Positions 28,837-39,274 of a stretch of 64,000 nt of DNA are shown here, piece by piece. Made by a program: the position numbers and the translations under genes. The DNA is taken from positions 310,001-374,000 of the IMG/VR virus record IMGVR_UViG_3300029922_000001; one strand, written 5' to 3'. Positions within the stretch are counted from its first letter, which is position 1; each line of letters starts with the position of its first letter. Below the pieces are notes generated by a model, which saw only the letters and a program-made list of their open reading frames with translations, was not told the DNA's origin and ran no database searches.

Positions 28837-29058
28837 ATGTTGATAAATTGTAAAGATATTCAAATCGTTTCATGGAGCAAACAAGAGATTATTGACTTGC
28901 TCATTGGGGAAACTCAACGCAAACTTGGCAGGAATTGTTATGGTAGTGATCAGTATAGTGTTGATTTCCTAATTCCTGGTATCAATATTAACGCCGCATT
29001 TAAAGGTGCTGTTGTTAAAGCGGAAGTCACAAAGGACTTACCACAGGAGCAAAAATGA
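28837..29058 (+). CDS. hypothetical protein
   Basis: leaderless ATG after TGTGGTATACT. Confidence 0.6.
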   Translation: MLINCKDIQIVSWSKQEIIDLLIGETQRKLGRNCYGSDQYSVDFLIPGININAAFKGAVVKAEVTKDLPQEQK

Positions 29059-29612
29059 AAATAGATCGAACAAATTATGCTTTGGCAAATAAAAACAAAA
29101 CGCTTGTGGTTGGTGATCTTTGGGTTACTCCACATTTGACTTGGCTACTTCAAAGTATAGACGAAGGTCGTTTTAAAGATATGGGTCATGGATGGAATTG
29201 GATTTCTATTACTGGTAACGATGAACCTTGTGATGGAATTTCATTAACCTTGAATTCTTATGAGGTTGGTAGTTTTATGACAAATGGCGAATTGTATACT
29301 CAAGCTAAACTAGCAACAATTGAGATTACAGGAAGTCGATATCAAGGCTTGTATGAACGCTGGAATGACAATACAAGTCGTCCAACTTGGTACGTGGCAT
29401 GTTCTAGTGAAGCAGTGGCAAAAGCCGCTGTAGAAGCAATTACAAGCCAAAAAGATGCCAATTTAAGAAACGTAGAACTCGTTGAACAAATTTCTGAAGT
29501 AAAGAATTATCTAACAAACATTAGAGAATTTTGTAGAAAGAATAAGGATCAAAACGATAAGATTGATTTTATTGGTTCTTGGCTTGAAGAAGCTTTAGGT
29601 AAGGTGAAATAA
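29055..29612 (+). CDS. hypothetical protein
   Basis: 185-aa ORF, ATGA overlap. Confidence 0.7.
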   Translation: MKIDRTNYALANKNKTLVVGDLWVTPHLTWLLQSIDEGRFKDMGHGWNWISITGNDEPCDGISLTLNSYEVGSFMTNGELYTQAKLATIEITGSRYQGLYERWNDNTSRPTWYVACSSEAVAKAAVEAITSQKDANLRNVELVEQISEVKNYLTNIREFCRKNKDQNDKIDFIGSWLEEALGKVK

Positions 29613-29971
29613 TGAAGATATACACACTCACAACTAAAGAACCGAATGTTATCGGTGAACATTTGCGTAATGAATTTTTCGTCCAGTATCATGGTGACAC
29701 TTATGTAGGAAGAGGTTGTTATTCAATCTTTAAACTTCATGATGGTGTTTGCGAATTGGGTATGCAACCTGTCAATGATGCAGATTTTGATATTTGGAAA
29801 GTTTATTGTAAGCGTATTGGCAATGAAACAATCACAATGCGTTATTTTTGGGATGGTGATGGTGTATTAGAATTTATTTTTGCAGATGGTGCTGTACTAC
29901 GTAACGATGATTGCAAAAAGGATTATAATTGGACTTGGTACAATGAGCATGAGGAAATATCAAATGAGTAA
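29612..29971 (+). CDS. hypothetical protein
   Basis: TAATG coupling. Confidence 0.7.
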   Translation: MKIYTLTTKEPNVIGEHLRNEFFVQYHGDTYVGRGCYSIFKLHDGVCELGMQPVNDADFDIWKVYCKRIGNETITMRYFWDGDGVLEFIFADGAVLRNDDCKKDYNWTWYNEHEEISNE

Positions 29972-30392
29972 ACCTGTAGTAAAAATTAATAGAGCAAAAT
30001 GGCGGTTTGGTGGAGTAGGTGTAGACGAAAATTTAAGGGATATTTTTGGAGACACATGTCTTTGTAATAAAAAAGGATATAAATGTTGTTTGGGATTTGC
30101 GTCCTTACAGCTTATTCCTTCATTAAAAAATGATGATATTTTAAATTATTGTTTTCCTTGTTCGATAAAACTACCATTACCTGTTAGCAAATATAAACAT
30201 GCTAATTTGTTGATTGTTGATGAAAATATTGATCCAGATTGGGTAGCAACGGCTATTGCTTACAATGATGATAGTTCGTATAGCTTAGAAGAAAGAGAAA
30301 AAAGGCTAACTGATTTATTTGATCAAAATGGTATCACTCTTCAATTTGAAGGGGATTATACTAAAAAGCAACTTAAAGCACTTCAGGCTTGA
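29964..30392 (+). CDS. hypothetical protein
   Basis: start MSKPVV; KCCLG motif. Confidence 0.7.
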   Translation: MSKPVVKINRAKWRFGGVGVDENLRDIFGDTCLCNKKGYKCCLGFASLQLIPSLKNDDILNYCFPCSIKLPLPVSKYKHANLLIVDENIDPDWVATAIAYNDDSSYSLEEREKRLTDLFDQNGITLQFEGDYTKKQLKALQA

Positions 30393-30417
30393 CTTTTGAT
30401 TGAATGATTGGTATAAT
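30389..30417 (+). promoter_or_regulatory. sigma70-like promoter
   Basis: TTGACT-17-TATAAT. Confidence 0.75.
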
Positions 30418-30448
30418 ACAAGCATAACTACTTCTGAGTTGTTTATTC

Positions 30449-30634
30449 ATACTGCTGATAAGTAATAGTCGTGTTCTAGGCATGATTTATGAAAGTTGGG
30501 TGTCCCTGTAAAGCAATTATGTGAAGCTAGATATGGAAGGCGTTGCTATACTGCTGATAAGTAATAAAATGTGTTCTAGGCACGATTTATGAAAATTGGG
30601 TGTCCCTAGTGCGTTTTTCATATTCTAGGCGAGA
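30449..30634 (+). ncRNA. two tandem ~60-nt structured repeats with ~99-nt period, in the 5' region of 30646
   Basis: ATACTGCTGATAAGTAATA..GTGTTCTAGGCA.GATTTATGAAA.TTGGGTGTCCCT at 30449 and 30548; CGAGA at 30630. Confidence 0.6.
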
Positions 30635-30645
30635 ATCAAGATAAA

Positions 30646-31167
30646 ATGAAAGACGTTAAAGACTACACAATAGGAGAAATTATTGCACTTGGCATTGGTG
30701 ACAATATCACTAATCAGGCAATAGATAAAATTACTGCAATTGTACATTTGGCTTGGGCTAATGGTCATGCAATTGGATTTGAAGAAAAAGAAGAACTTCA
30801 ATCCATTAGAGAAAGAGAGTCATTAGCAAATTGTCTTCAAGAAAGTTTTAGAATATTTTCACCATCACACAAGCCTGATTGGATCAATAATCTCCCAAGT
30901 GAACAAGATTTTATTGATTTTGTTAATCCGAAAGAAGAAGCTGCTTCTGTTGCCTGTTTAGTGGATAATCATGGATTTCCTTATTCAGAACGTCGGTTTA
31001 CTGTGAAAATGATAGTTGCCACAAATCCAAAAGGTGTTTATCAGTATGTTATCCAAGATAATGCTCTCAATAAAACTATTACGCTTAAAGGTAAAAACAA
31101 AGAAGAAGTATATGCTTTTGCTAGATCTAAGAACTTAGAAGGTCATTATTTCCCATATAACATATAA
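30646..31167 (+). CDS. hypothetical protein
   Basis: 173-aa ORF. Confidence 0.7.
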   Translation: MKDVKDYTIGEIIALGIGDNITNQAIDKITAIVHLAWANGHAIGFEEKEELQSIRERESLANCLQESFRIFSPSHKPDWINNLPSEQDFIDFVNPKEEAASVACLVDNHGFPYSERRFTVKMIVATNPKGVYQYVIQDNALNKTITLKGKNKEEVYAFARSKNLEGHYFPYNI

Positions 31168-31247
31168 ATCGAAAAGAATTCTAAACAACAAAATTTCCGC
31201 ATTGTTTATAAAGACAGTGTGCCATCTATTAATAAAGTGAATTGACT

Positions 31248-31574
31248 ATGAATAAATATATATTAATCCCTCTTGCCGTTTTAAGTTTTGGTGTTCTAGG
31301 CTGTGATAGTTCAGATGCATATAAAGCTGATGCAAATCAAATAAATCAGGATCAAGTAAAAGTTGAACAAGATTCATTTGCAGTTAAGCAAATGAAAAAA
31401 ACTATGTCAGAACTCTATCCTGATTACACTGTTATTGGTGTAACTTGTAGTGAGGGTTGGGGCACAATTTGTAGTGCCAGAATATCAAAAAAAGATAACC
31501 GTCAACAAATTTTACAAATAAAAGCAGATTGTGATAGTGGTGGTTGCAATGTAAAATCAACTCAAGTCCAATAA
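31248..31574 (+). CDS. putative lipoprotein
   Basis: signal peptide ending VLGC. Confidence 0.6.
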   Translation: MNKYILIPLAVLSFGVLGCDSSDAYKADANQINQDQVKVEQDSFAVKQMKKTMSELYPDYTVIGVTCSEGWGTICSARISKKDNRQQILQIKADCDSGGCNVKSTQVQ

Positions 31575-31634
31575 AAATCCCCAATAGCTGAAAATGTGGT
31601 ATACTGATCTACACAGTTAAGGAAAGATATTAAA

Positions 31635-32855
31635 ATGGCACAACCCTCACTTTATACAGACGTTACAGGAATTAGAACACCTGTCAAGATTAATACACCA
31701 GCGCAAAAGCGCATTACAGATATTAAGGTTGAAAAGGTAACCGTACCTCTTGATATCTTCATGAACAGAGTTCGTGAAAATTCTCTTTATAAGAGCGATT
31801 ATATGGAGCCAACTGAAGGATGGCTACGACTTTCAGCTAAGAACGACAAGTTGGTTGCTCCAAATGGCGTTTATCTTAATGATTTTGCAGTTAAGTCACT
31901 GGTTGGCTATACTGTTATCCCTACCACGGTAGTTGATTATTTGATGAATATTCACCCTGACCTTGGTCGTCTTGCTTATGAAGCTAATTGGGGACTTGAT
32001 ACTCGTAAGGCTACCGTTGATGCTTCAGATTCTAAGCGATATGCTAAGAAGTATTTGATGCGAAATCGACTTGATGACAAGGGCGATACGGTTTGTCGTG
32101 TTGTCGTTACCGATCAATATGCGATTTTAAACAACATCGAAACTCTTGAAATTCTACAGAAGGCACTTCCTGCTGGTAGCTTTAAGGATGCTAGGACATC
32201 TTACAGCTATGATAATGGTGATGATATGATTTGCGATATCATTCTCCCTGACTATGTTAAGGTAAATCAAAACGCTGAGTATGGTGTTATTGTTGGACTC
32301 AAGAACAGCGAAATTACTAAGTACACATTTGTTCTTGCTCCTGGTATTTTCGAAGCCAACACTGGTAATACGTTTATGTGGGAAAAGACAAGTTCTAAGT
32401 TTAAGATTAACGTTAAGCATCGTGGTGAAATTGATCGTGCTGTTCTACAAAATAGTGCAGTAACGGTTGTTCAAACGGTTCTTACTGAAGGTGAAAACTT
32501 GATTACTCAACTTAATTATCTCAAGGATATTAAGGTTAAGACAATTCCAGAATTGATTTTCCTTCTTGCTAAGGAACGATCTATCAGTAAGAACGTTGCA
32601 CGTCAATGGTATAAGAACTACCATAACTTCTATGGTGATGCTAAGACGGGTTATAACCTTGTTTCTGCTCTAGCTCATACAGCTAAGAAGTTTGAGGGTG
32701 AAGATAAGCGTAAGATTGAAGCTACAGCTTCAATGATTATGACTCCTGGGCTAGATGCTCCAGAAGCGAAGGTTAAGAGTCTTTGGTCAGCTTATATGTC
32801 TCGTGCAAATGAAATCAGCAAGGATGATCTAGACGACTTCTTGGACGATCTATAA
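31635..32855 (+). CDS. DUF932-like protein
   Basis: VVTDQYAILNN.E, KNSE..K.TF...P.IF...TGN, KHRG, LV.AL.H.A pattern. Confidence 0.55.
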   Translation: MAQPSLYTDVTGIRTPVKINTPAQKRITDIKVEKVTVPLDIFMNRVRENSLYKSDYMEPTEGWLRLSAKNDKLVAPNGVYLNDFAVKSLVGYTVIPTTVVDYLMNIHPDLGRLAYEANWGLDTRKATVDASDSKRYAKKYLMRNRLDDKGDTVCRVVVTDQYAILNNIETLEILQKALPAGSFKDARTSYSYDNGDDMICDIILPDYVKVNQNAEYGVIVGLKNSEITKYTFVLAPGIFEANTGNTFMWEKTSSKFKINVKHRGEIDRAVLQNSAVTVVQTVLTEGENLITQLNYLKDIKVKTIPELIFLLAKERSISKNVARQWYKNYHNFYGDAKTGYNLVSALAHTAKKFEGEDKRKIEATASMIMTPGLDAPEAKVKSLWSAYMSRANEISKDDLDDFLDDL

Positions 32856-32869
32856 GGTATACTACCGGT

Positions 32870-33097
32870 ATGGAAAATTTCAATACCGGTGGGTCTGTTT
32901 CTCTAGCCGCTTTACATCAACGTCAAGCGGCTACTAAGGTTTTATTAGAATCGTTGTATGGGGAAGTCTTAGCTAAAAAGGTTCACACAGATCGTAAATA
33001 TTTAAATTTACTGTTACATGTTCTTGATTCTGATGGTAAAGATCTAGAAGCAGTGGAGAATTTACGTACAATGCTTGAAAAGGATCTGGTATACTAG
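32870..33097 (+). CDS. hypothetical protein
   Basis: leaderless after AGGTATACT. Confidence 0.65.
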   Translation: MENFNTGGSVSLAALHQRQAATKVLLESLYGEVLAKKVHTDRKYLNLLLHVLDSDGKDLEAVENLRTMLEKDLVY

Positions 33098-33101
33098 AGT
33101 T

Positions 33102-33566
33102 ATGGAACTAACCAAAATTGAAACGGCACAAATTCTTGGCACTAAGCCAACTAGTAGACAAGACGCATATAACATCGGTAGGAGACTGGGAGATATTCTT
33201 CTTGAGCTAATTCCCGATCTGGATTTTAATCAGATTTTTGATAGTACTTTTATGGCTGTCATTCCTGATATGCTTGGCGAATACACTGACGAAGGCAACA
33301 TGACTCGAAAGGAATTGATTACGATTATGACACCTTTTCTTCAAGTAAGTGCGGAAATTGTTAGTGAAGATGTTTGTTTTCTCATGGTCTTGGCTATTTT
33401 GGATGTTTGCAATCTAAAGAATCCTTCTGCTGAACTTCAAGCGTGTCTTGATGAACTTCTAAGTGAAGTAAATACTTATATGGATATGGATTGCACCGAA
33501 TTTCAAGTAGCTTATTGGATTGCAAAAAGGATTATAAATGTAGCAAATACTTCAACTGAAGTATAA
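33102..33566 (+). CDS. hypothetical protein
   Basis: leaderless after GGTATACT. Confidence 0.65.
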   Translation: MELTKIETAQILGTKPTSRQDAYNIGRRLGDILLELIPDLDFNQIFDSTFMAVIPDMLGEYTDEGNMTRKELITIMTPFLQVSAEIVSEDVCFLMVLAILDVCNLKNPSAELQACLDELLSEVNTYMDMDCTEFQVAYWIAKRIINVANTSTEV

Positions 33567-33572
33567 TAAATC

Positions 33573-34286
33573 ATGTCTAAAATATCATACAAATTGTCAC
33601 CTTCTGATTTCGCTTTTTTGTATCATGAATGCAAAAGATGCTTTTATCGGAAGGTGAAGCTTAATATAGCTCCACCTAGAACTCCACTAGCAAACATCTT
33701 TACAGCTATTGATGGTGCTATGAAGGAAACTTTTAGTAAGGATGATTTGTCTGTATATTTTCCAGATTTACCTGCTCTACGTAGTTTAGATGGTTGGGGA
33801 GATAAGTATTTAACTTCTCAACCATTTCAAGTTCCAGAATATGATTTTAGTTTATATATTCTAGGTAAACTTGACAATTTATCAGAATTTGTTGATGGTT
33901 CAGGTTATGGTATTTTTGATTATAAAACAACAAAACCAAAACCAGAACACGTTCAAAAATACGCTAGACAACAACACGCTTATAAGTTCTGTTTGGAACA
34001 TCCTGGTACTGATAGATTTGGAAAACCTTCACCATTGATTACACCTGTCAATAAATTGGGATTGATTTGTTTTGAACCTAACAATTTCATGATTAAGAAA
34101 GCTGAACAAAAGGTTTGTTTACTTGGTGGATATGAATATTTAGATATTCCAGTTGATGAAGATGGATTTTTAGATTTCTTAGGTGAGATTGCGGATTTGA
34201 TCGCGCAAGAAAAATTACCAGAAAGCGGAGAAAACTGTAGTTATTGTCAATATTTAGAGAAAATAGTAGGTAAAATAAACCCATGA
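33573..34286 (+). CDS. PD-(D/E)XK (RecB/Cas4-like) nuclease
   Basis: LSPS, CKRCF, GKLDNL, IFDYKT, YARQQHAY, CSYCQY. Confidence 0.85.
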   Translation: MSKISYKLSPSDFAFLYHECKRCFYRKVKLNIAPPRTPLANIFTAIDGAMKETFSKDDLSVYFPDLPALRSLDGWGDKYLTSQPFQVPEYDFSLYILGKLDNLSEFVDGSGYGIFDYKTTKPKPEHVQKYARQQHAYKFCLEHPGTDRFGKPSPLITPVNKLGLICFEPNNFMIKKAEQKVCLLGGYEYLDIPVDEDGFLDFLGEIADLIAQEKLPESGENCSYCQYLEKIVGKINP

Positions 34287-34612
34287 AACCCAGTGAACTT
34301 GTTTCCAATGATTCGCCATACATGAAAATGGCACCTGATTGTATGTTAGGTGATCGTAATGATATTGTTCCAGGTAGTAGAGTTTTAGTTTGGTCTAAAG
34401 AGCTAAAAACTTTTCGTGTTGGCACTTTGATTAAGTCTGCTAATTGGCGTCATACTGTTTTGGTTGATGGTAATACTCGGTCTACACAATACACAGTCGT
34501 CTTTCTATGCAGTCTTAAAAATTGTAATTCTGCTTTAGCTATTATGAATGAAATTCGTACCTTCCATCAATATAACATGGATAAAATTACCGAAGCCATG
34601 AACGCATTGTGA
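34283..34612 (+). CDS. hypothetical SH3-like protein
   Basis: 109-aa ORF. Confidence 0.6.
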   Translation: MKPSELVSNDSPYMKMAPDCMLGDRNDIVPGSRVLVWSKELKTFRVGTLIKSANWRHTVLVDGNTRSTQYTVVFLCSLKNCNSALAIMNEIRTFHQYNMDKITEAMNAL

Positions 34613-34625
34613 CGTATAATAGAGC

Positions 34626-35768
34626 ATGAATAAAATCTCAAAGTTTGGTATGGCATTAGATGTTTTTGAAAAAACCGTAGCAACAAACTTATCATTAGCA
34701 GTTGACTGTGTTGGGAAAAAACTATGTGCTTCATTAACTGCATCTTCAACCGATCCTGGTTTTCATCATATTTTAATGTGGTTAGAAAGTTTAGGATTTT
34801 CTACAACTACAAATCATGTTAACTACACTTCAAATAATAGAGAAACCTCTCCTGCTGATGGAATTTATTTTTTAAGATGGAACACTAAAATTTTAATGTT
34901 AACCATTTCAAGTTTAGATCCAACTGTATTTGGAGCAATCAATAAAAAGATAAGTATTAAGATTTTAGGTGGAAACAGAGAAGACGTTAATGAAATCTTA
35001 GAAGAAATTAAACAACTTAAAGAAAATGTTAATAAAGATTTTATATCAATTTATACTTATGATGGTTGGTGGCGATTATCGGGTAAAAAGGCTCCAAGAC
35101 CTATAAAAACTTTGTTTTATGCGGATAATATATTAGAAGACTTAACTCAAGATTGTCTTAGTTTTTTTGAGAAACAAGAAGAATATAGAAATAAGGGAAT
35201 TCCTTGGCGTAGAGGTTATATTCTATATGGTGAACCAGGTAATGGAAAAACTAGTTTAGTGTTTGGTATTGCATCGCAATTAAAATTGCCTATTTATGTT
35301 GTAAATCTCACTCATGCAGATTCATTAGGGAAAATGCTTATTGATATTGATGAAAAATGTTTAATTCTAATTGAAGAAATTGATACATTTACTGTGTCCA
35401 GGGCTGATGAAAACACACCTATTCCTACTACTGAAAACCCAACATTAACCACACATAAAGTGTTTGGTGATTTTTTAAATAGCTTAGACGGTTTAACTTC
35501 TAAAGAAGGTATTGTTTTGTTTGCAACTACTAATCATAAAGATAAATTAGATGCAGCTTTGATTCGTCCTGGTAGATTTGATAAACATGTAGAAATTAAA
35601 AATTGCACTTCTGAATTAGCTAAAGAAATGTTTTTATTACATTTTCCGAAGAAATCTCCAACTGAGTTTGCAACATTATTTAAAAATAATGATTTATCTG
35701 TGAGCTATGCTCAAGAATTATTGCTAGAAATGAGTGTTACTGGGAATATCCCCAATGAGTTAAAATAA
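34626..35768 (+). CDS. BCS1-like AAA+ ATPase
   Basis: Y...GIPWRRGYILYGEPGNGKTS, IEEID, FLNSLDG, TTNH..KLD.ALIRPGRFD. Confidence 0.9.
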   Translation: MNKISKFGMALDVFEKTVATNLSLAVDCVGKKLCASLTASSTDPGFHHILMWLESLGFSTTTNHVNYTSNNRETSPADGIYFLRWNTKILMLTISSLDPTVFGAINKKISIKILGGNREDVNEILEEIKQLKENVNKDFISIYTYDGWWRLSGKKAPRPIKTLFYADNILEDLTQDCLSFFEKQEEYRNKGIPWRRGYILYGEPGNGKTSLVFGIASQLKLPIYVVNLTHADSLGKMLIDIDEKCLILIEEIDTFTVSRADENTPIPTTENPTLTTHKVFGDFLNSLDGLTSKEGIVLFATTNHKDKLDAALIRPGRFDKHVEIKNCTSELAKEMFLLHFPKKSPTEFATLFKNNDLSVSYAQELLLEMSVTGNIPNELK

Positions 35769-35785
35769 GGTATACTAAAATTACA

Positions 35786-36055
35786 ATGGCAACAATGACA
35801 GCAGGACAAATGATTGGTTGGGATCATGGTTATTTTAAAATTAAAAACGGCAGAACGACTTATCAGGCTGTTATGTTCAATTGTGCAGGAAGACAAGAAA
35901 AAGTTCTTCTTGCACGTCTAGATAACAATCTCAAGCAAACCAATAGGTATGTTGATTGGGATACCATTCTTGAATTTAATGATGAACAGTTTGAAGAATT
36001 TAAGATTTGGTCAGCTAATGAGGATCTTCAAGACATGTCAAAGGCGGGAAACTAA
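35786..36055 (+). CDS. hypothetical protein
   Basis: class II promoter upstream. Confidence 0.7.
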   Translation: MATMTAGQMIGWDHGYFKIKNGRTTYQAVMFNCAGRQEKVLLARLDNNLKQTNRYVDWDTILEFNDEQFEEFKIWSANEDLQDMSKAGN

Positions 36056-36525
36056 TGGGTAAAAAAATATTACAAAAGCCAAGTAAAATCGTTAAAGAAT
36101 CGCAAGATTATAATGCTTGCCGTGACTACATCGAAAATAAATATAAGTGTGATATTCGTGATTTTGGTGGATTTTATAAGCATCCTAAAAAGAATGATGC
36201 TTTACTTAAAAAGCTATGTGTCAAACATGGTCATCCTTATGAACTCATACGTAATGGTTTTAGCCCTAGTCATCCAGATAGCGATAAATTAATGATTAGT
36301 GTTAGAAATGTTTTTGATGAATACGAAAAACTCCAACCTCCATATCAAGATTTTTGGCATTGGATTGTTGAAAATAATAGCATCAATAATGGTGGATATT
36401 TTCAACTGAGTAATTATGATTTTGAAACATGTGAAGAAGATTTCCAAAAGACAATCTTAGAGTATTTCTTATCAGAATTTGGTGAAGGTGAAAATCGTCG
36501 CGTTGAGTTCTATGTGGAGTGGTAA
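36055..36525 (+). CDS. hypothetical protein
   Basis: TAATG coupling. Confidence 0.7.
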   Translation: MGKKILQKPSKIVKESQDYNACRDYIENKYKCDIRDFGGFYKHPKKNDALLKKLCVKHGHPYELIRNGFSPSHPDSDKLMISVRNVFDEYEKLQPPYQDFWHWIVENNSINNGGYFQLSNYDFETCEEDFQKTILEYFLSEFGEGENRRVEFYVEW

Positions 36526-36527
36526 TT

Positions 36528-36887
36528 ATGGAAATAAATTTTAAAACAGACAATCTAGAAACAATAAAAAAATGGTTAGAGGAAAATTACACTATTCCTG
36601 AAGATTATAGCATAACCTTTGAAGTTAGATATAATCCTAAATTCAAAGACGGGGATCGTGTTGAGTTTATTGAAGACTATTCCGATAATGAAGTCTATGA
36701 AACAGATAAGGGAGATAAAGCAACCGTAATCAGTTTGAATAATTATGCTGGTATTGAACTCCGTATTGATGACTTAGAATATGAAGATAATAATATTATT
36801 TATATAGTTGATCACCGTGGCAGAACAAACGGGCATGGAACATATGCACCAAATTGGGTGCTTAGAAAGATTGAAGATAATGTATAA
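36528..36887 (+). CDS. hypothetical protein
   Basis: ORF in operon spacing. Confidence 0.7.
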   Translation: MEINFKTDNLETIKKWLEENYTIPEDYSITFEVRYNPKFKDGDRVEFIEDYSDNEVYETDKGDKATVISLNNYAGIELRIDDLEYEDNNIIYIVDHRGRTNGHGTYAPNWVLRKIEDNV

Positions 36888-36942
36888 TAAACATGCTAAG
36901 ATCGTGGCTTAACAGCGTGAAGACTTGCAAGGAAAAATAAAT

Positions 36943-37392
36943 ATGTCAATAACACGCTGTAAATTTTATGTATCGTCGGTCACTGTCGAAGCCCATCATG
37001 GCTTTGAAAACGAAGAAGAAGGACGAACTTGGTCCAAAGTCAACTTAAATGCATCTTACAGTCCAGATCCTGAGACTGAAAATAATTCATTTTGGAAGTA
37101 TACACCAAGTGGTTCTATGTCTCTGAGTGTTAAGTATGGTCAACCTTGTGAATTTAAACCTGGTCAATTTTGGTATATTGATACCGAAGCTGATTCAAGT
37201 GGTAAATACATACTAACTAAGCTTAATAAAGAGTCAGAAGATTACTTATCTGTAGAACTCAAAGCACAATCAGGTACGGAATATGATTGGGTTACTTTTG
37301 GTTTTACTGTAAGCAATCCTAATGTATTTCCAATGTTTACAAACTTGGGTGCAAAATATAAAGTCACCCTATATCCAGCGAAGAAAAAATGA
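36943..37392 (+). CDS. hypothetical phage protein
   Basis: SD AAGGA; RCKF.V...EN..FWKYTPSG. Confidence 0.75.
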   Translation: MSITRCKFYVSSVTVEAHHGFENEEEGRTWSKVNLNASYSPDPETENNSFWKYTPSGSMSLSVKYGQPCEFKPGQFWYIDTEADSSGKYILTKLNKESEDYLSVELKAQSGTEYDWVTFGFTVSNPNVFPMFTNLGAKYKVTLYPAKKK

Positions 37393-37673
37393 AAAAACTA
37401 AAAGTTGATTTTTGTTATATCTATACCTTCTTTCTTGATGATCAGCCATTGACTCAAGAAAGAAGGTTGATTGAAATTGAGTTCCCAGATAAGCACAAAG
37501 AGGTTTGTGCATTATATTGGCAAGATCACTCTACTATAGATAGAGATATGAATGCTACGCATTATGATGTTTCCCATGTTCCTGCTATTAAAACAGACTT
37601 ACATGGTCTTGAAGTTACTCTTAGACTGCAAGATTTGGATTATCAAAATATGTTGTTTGATTTTGTGGAATAA
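37389..37673 (+). CDS. hypothetical protein
   Basis: ATGA overlap. Confidence 0.65.
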   Translation: MKKLKVDFCYIYTFFLDDQPLTQERRLIEIEFPDKHKEVCALYWQDHSTIDRDMNATHYDVSHVPAIKTDLHGLEVTLRLQDLDYQNMLFDFVE

Positions 37674-37688
37674 GCGTATAATATCCAC

Positions 37689-38264
37689 ATGGATGGTTTT
37701 TATGAACATAGATTTCTTAATCTAGTTGTAGGTGACGAAAGAGATTATTCTCTGAAACCCACAACTCAACACATTGAACAATGGTTGGATTATATTTATA
37801 ACGTTTATTCACAACAAAACGAAGAAACTATGTTGATCGAAAAGATTTTTGGTCAGAGAACATTTAGTGAATCTAGTTATTTTTGGGTTAAAACTATTGC
37901 TGATGATTTGAATTATCAAATACCATCATTAGAACAAATAGGTAGAGATATCAATATTGAGCCTAATTGGGATTGTAAAACTGCTAGAGAATGGCAGGAA
38001 GAAAATAATGATATCAAGGTGATTATTCCCTGTGGTTTTCCTAAAAATAGTTGGGATACAGAACGCATTCCTTGGGGTGAATATTGTCATCGAAGGAAAG
38101 AATCAGAGTGTGATAGCACTGGATTTATTAAGCATTTAAAAAACAAAGATAAACTTAGCTATACAATTGCATGTGAAGCAAAATGTGGTCAAAAATTAAG
38201 ATCATGTCTGGTTCTTGTAATGGGAAAACTGCCACTGTACTTGATCTTTGTGCTACTTACTTAA
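37689..38264 (+). CDS. hypothetical protein
   Basis: leaderless after TATAAT; overlaps the next ORF. Confidence 0.6.
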   Translation: MDGFYEHRFLNLVVGDERDYSLKPTTQHIEQWLDYIYNVYSQQNEETMLIEKIFGQRTFSESSYFWVKTIADDLNYQIPSLEQIGRDINIEPNWDCKTAREWQEENNDIKVIIPCGFPKNSWDTERIPWGEYCHRRKESECDSTGFIKHLKNKDKLSYTIACEAKCGQKLRSCLVLVMGKLPLYLIFVLLT

Positions 38265-38503
38265 TGGAAAAATCTAAGAAATACAATAAAGTTCATCAAG
38301 ATGAATCTGATCAGTGTTTTAAAGATGCTGGTGAATATATCAGAATTGCTACTTGGGTTGGTAACATTTTAGATAATGAATGTTTAAGATATAAAGAGGT
38401 AACCAAAGAACATGTATATCAACTATGGGATAGTTTTCATGGTCGCAATATGTTTTCGGAAATTCCACCAGAATATAGAAAAGATTTCTATAATAAGAAG
38501 TAA
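38183..38503 (+). CDS. hypothetical protein
   Basis: 106-aa ORF. Confidence 0.55.
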   Translation: MWSKIKIMSGSCNGKTATVLDLCATYLMEKSKKYNKVHQDESDQCFKDAGEYIRIATWVGNILDNECLRYKEVTKEHVYQLWDSFHGRNMFSEIPPEYRKDFYNKK

Positions 38504-38504
38504 T

Positions 38505-39044
38505 ATGGATAAACAAACATTAATTGATCAATCAAGTGTGTTAGATGCACAGTTGAGAGCCAACAGACAGGCTTTAAAAAAGTTAGAAAAACAAGAAAAG
38601 GGTTGGACTTGGGGTGAACAAATTAGAACTTTGTTATTGGAAGCTGGATATACAGAGACTATCAATTACGAAGGGCATTCAATTTATAAATTTGAAACAT
38701 TAGGTGTTAATATTGAGATTGGTGACAGGTTTACCCTTGGACCTTATATTAACGTTTGTATATGTCCCACTCAAAGACCTTATAGCCCTATTTATCATGT
38801 GAACTTTGATAAATATAAAGATTTCTTACGGTTTTATAATTCAATGAAAATTGAAAAGAAAAGACTCTCTATCACTTTTGAAAGAGATGAATATTTTGTT
38901 ATTTCTGAAGGTACAAAACCTGAATTCAATAACATTAAAAAATGTCTTAAAGAAAGGATTTTATCTGATCTTCAAGAAGATTATGAATATTGGGAGAGAT
39001 TGCCAATCACCGCATATTCCATTACAGAACCGGAAAATATATGA
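38505..39044 (+). CDS. hypothetical protein
   Basis: start MDKQTL. Confidence 0.7.
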   Translation: MDKQTLIDQSSVLDAQLRANRQALKKLEKQEKGWTWGEQIRTLLLEAGYTETINYEGHSIYKFETLGVNIEIGDRFTLGPYINVCICPTQRPYSPIYHVNFDKYKDFLRFYNSMKIEKKRLSITFERDEYFVISEGTKPEFNNIKKCLKERILSDLQEDYEYWERLPITAYSITEPENI

Positions 39045-39274
39045 CACAAGAATTAGTGCAAAAATTAAAAAACGGAGACAAGTTTAGCTGGAATAACACC
39101 AGCATTTCCACAAAAATTTACAATAAAGTGGTTGGACGAATATTCTATGACGAAGTAGATTATGTTATCTACCAAAGCATTCTAGTGAATCATGGCATCA
39201 TTGGTGTTTTTGGTGAAGATATAAATAGCGAAATATGGGATGCGGCAACCGAATATAAGATATCAAATGATTAA
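39041..39274 (+). CDS. hypothetical protein
   Basis: ATGA overlap. Confidence 0.6.
   Translation: MTQELVQKLKNGDKFSWNNTSISTKIYNKVVGRIFYDEVDYVIYQSILVNHGIIGVFGEDINSEIWDAATEYKISND

Noticed and set aside
30449-30510. hammerhead ribozyme
   Set aside because: the core reads CTGATAA rather than CTGANGA, and stems I and III cannot be drawn convincingly
33573-34286. Cas4 as evidence of a CRISPR system
   Set aside because: stand-alone RecB-like PD-(D/E)XK nucleases are common in phages; no cas1, cas2 or array
38183-38264. programmed frameshift joining 37689 and 38183
   Set aside because: no slippery heptamer or downstream structure is evident; a simple overlap or mutation explains it
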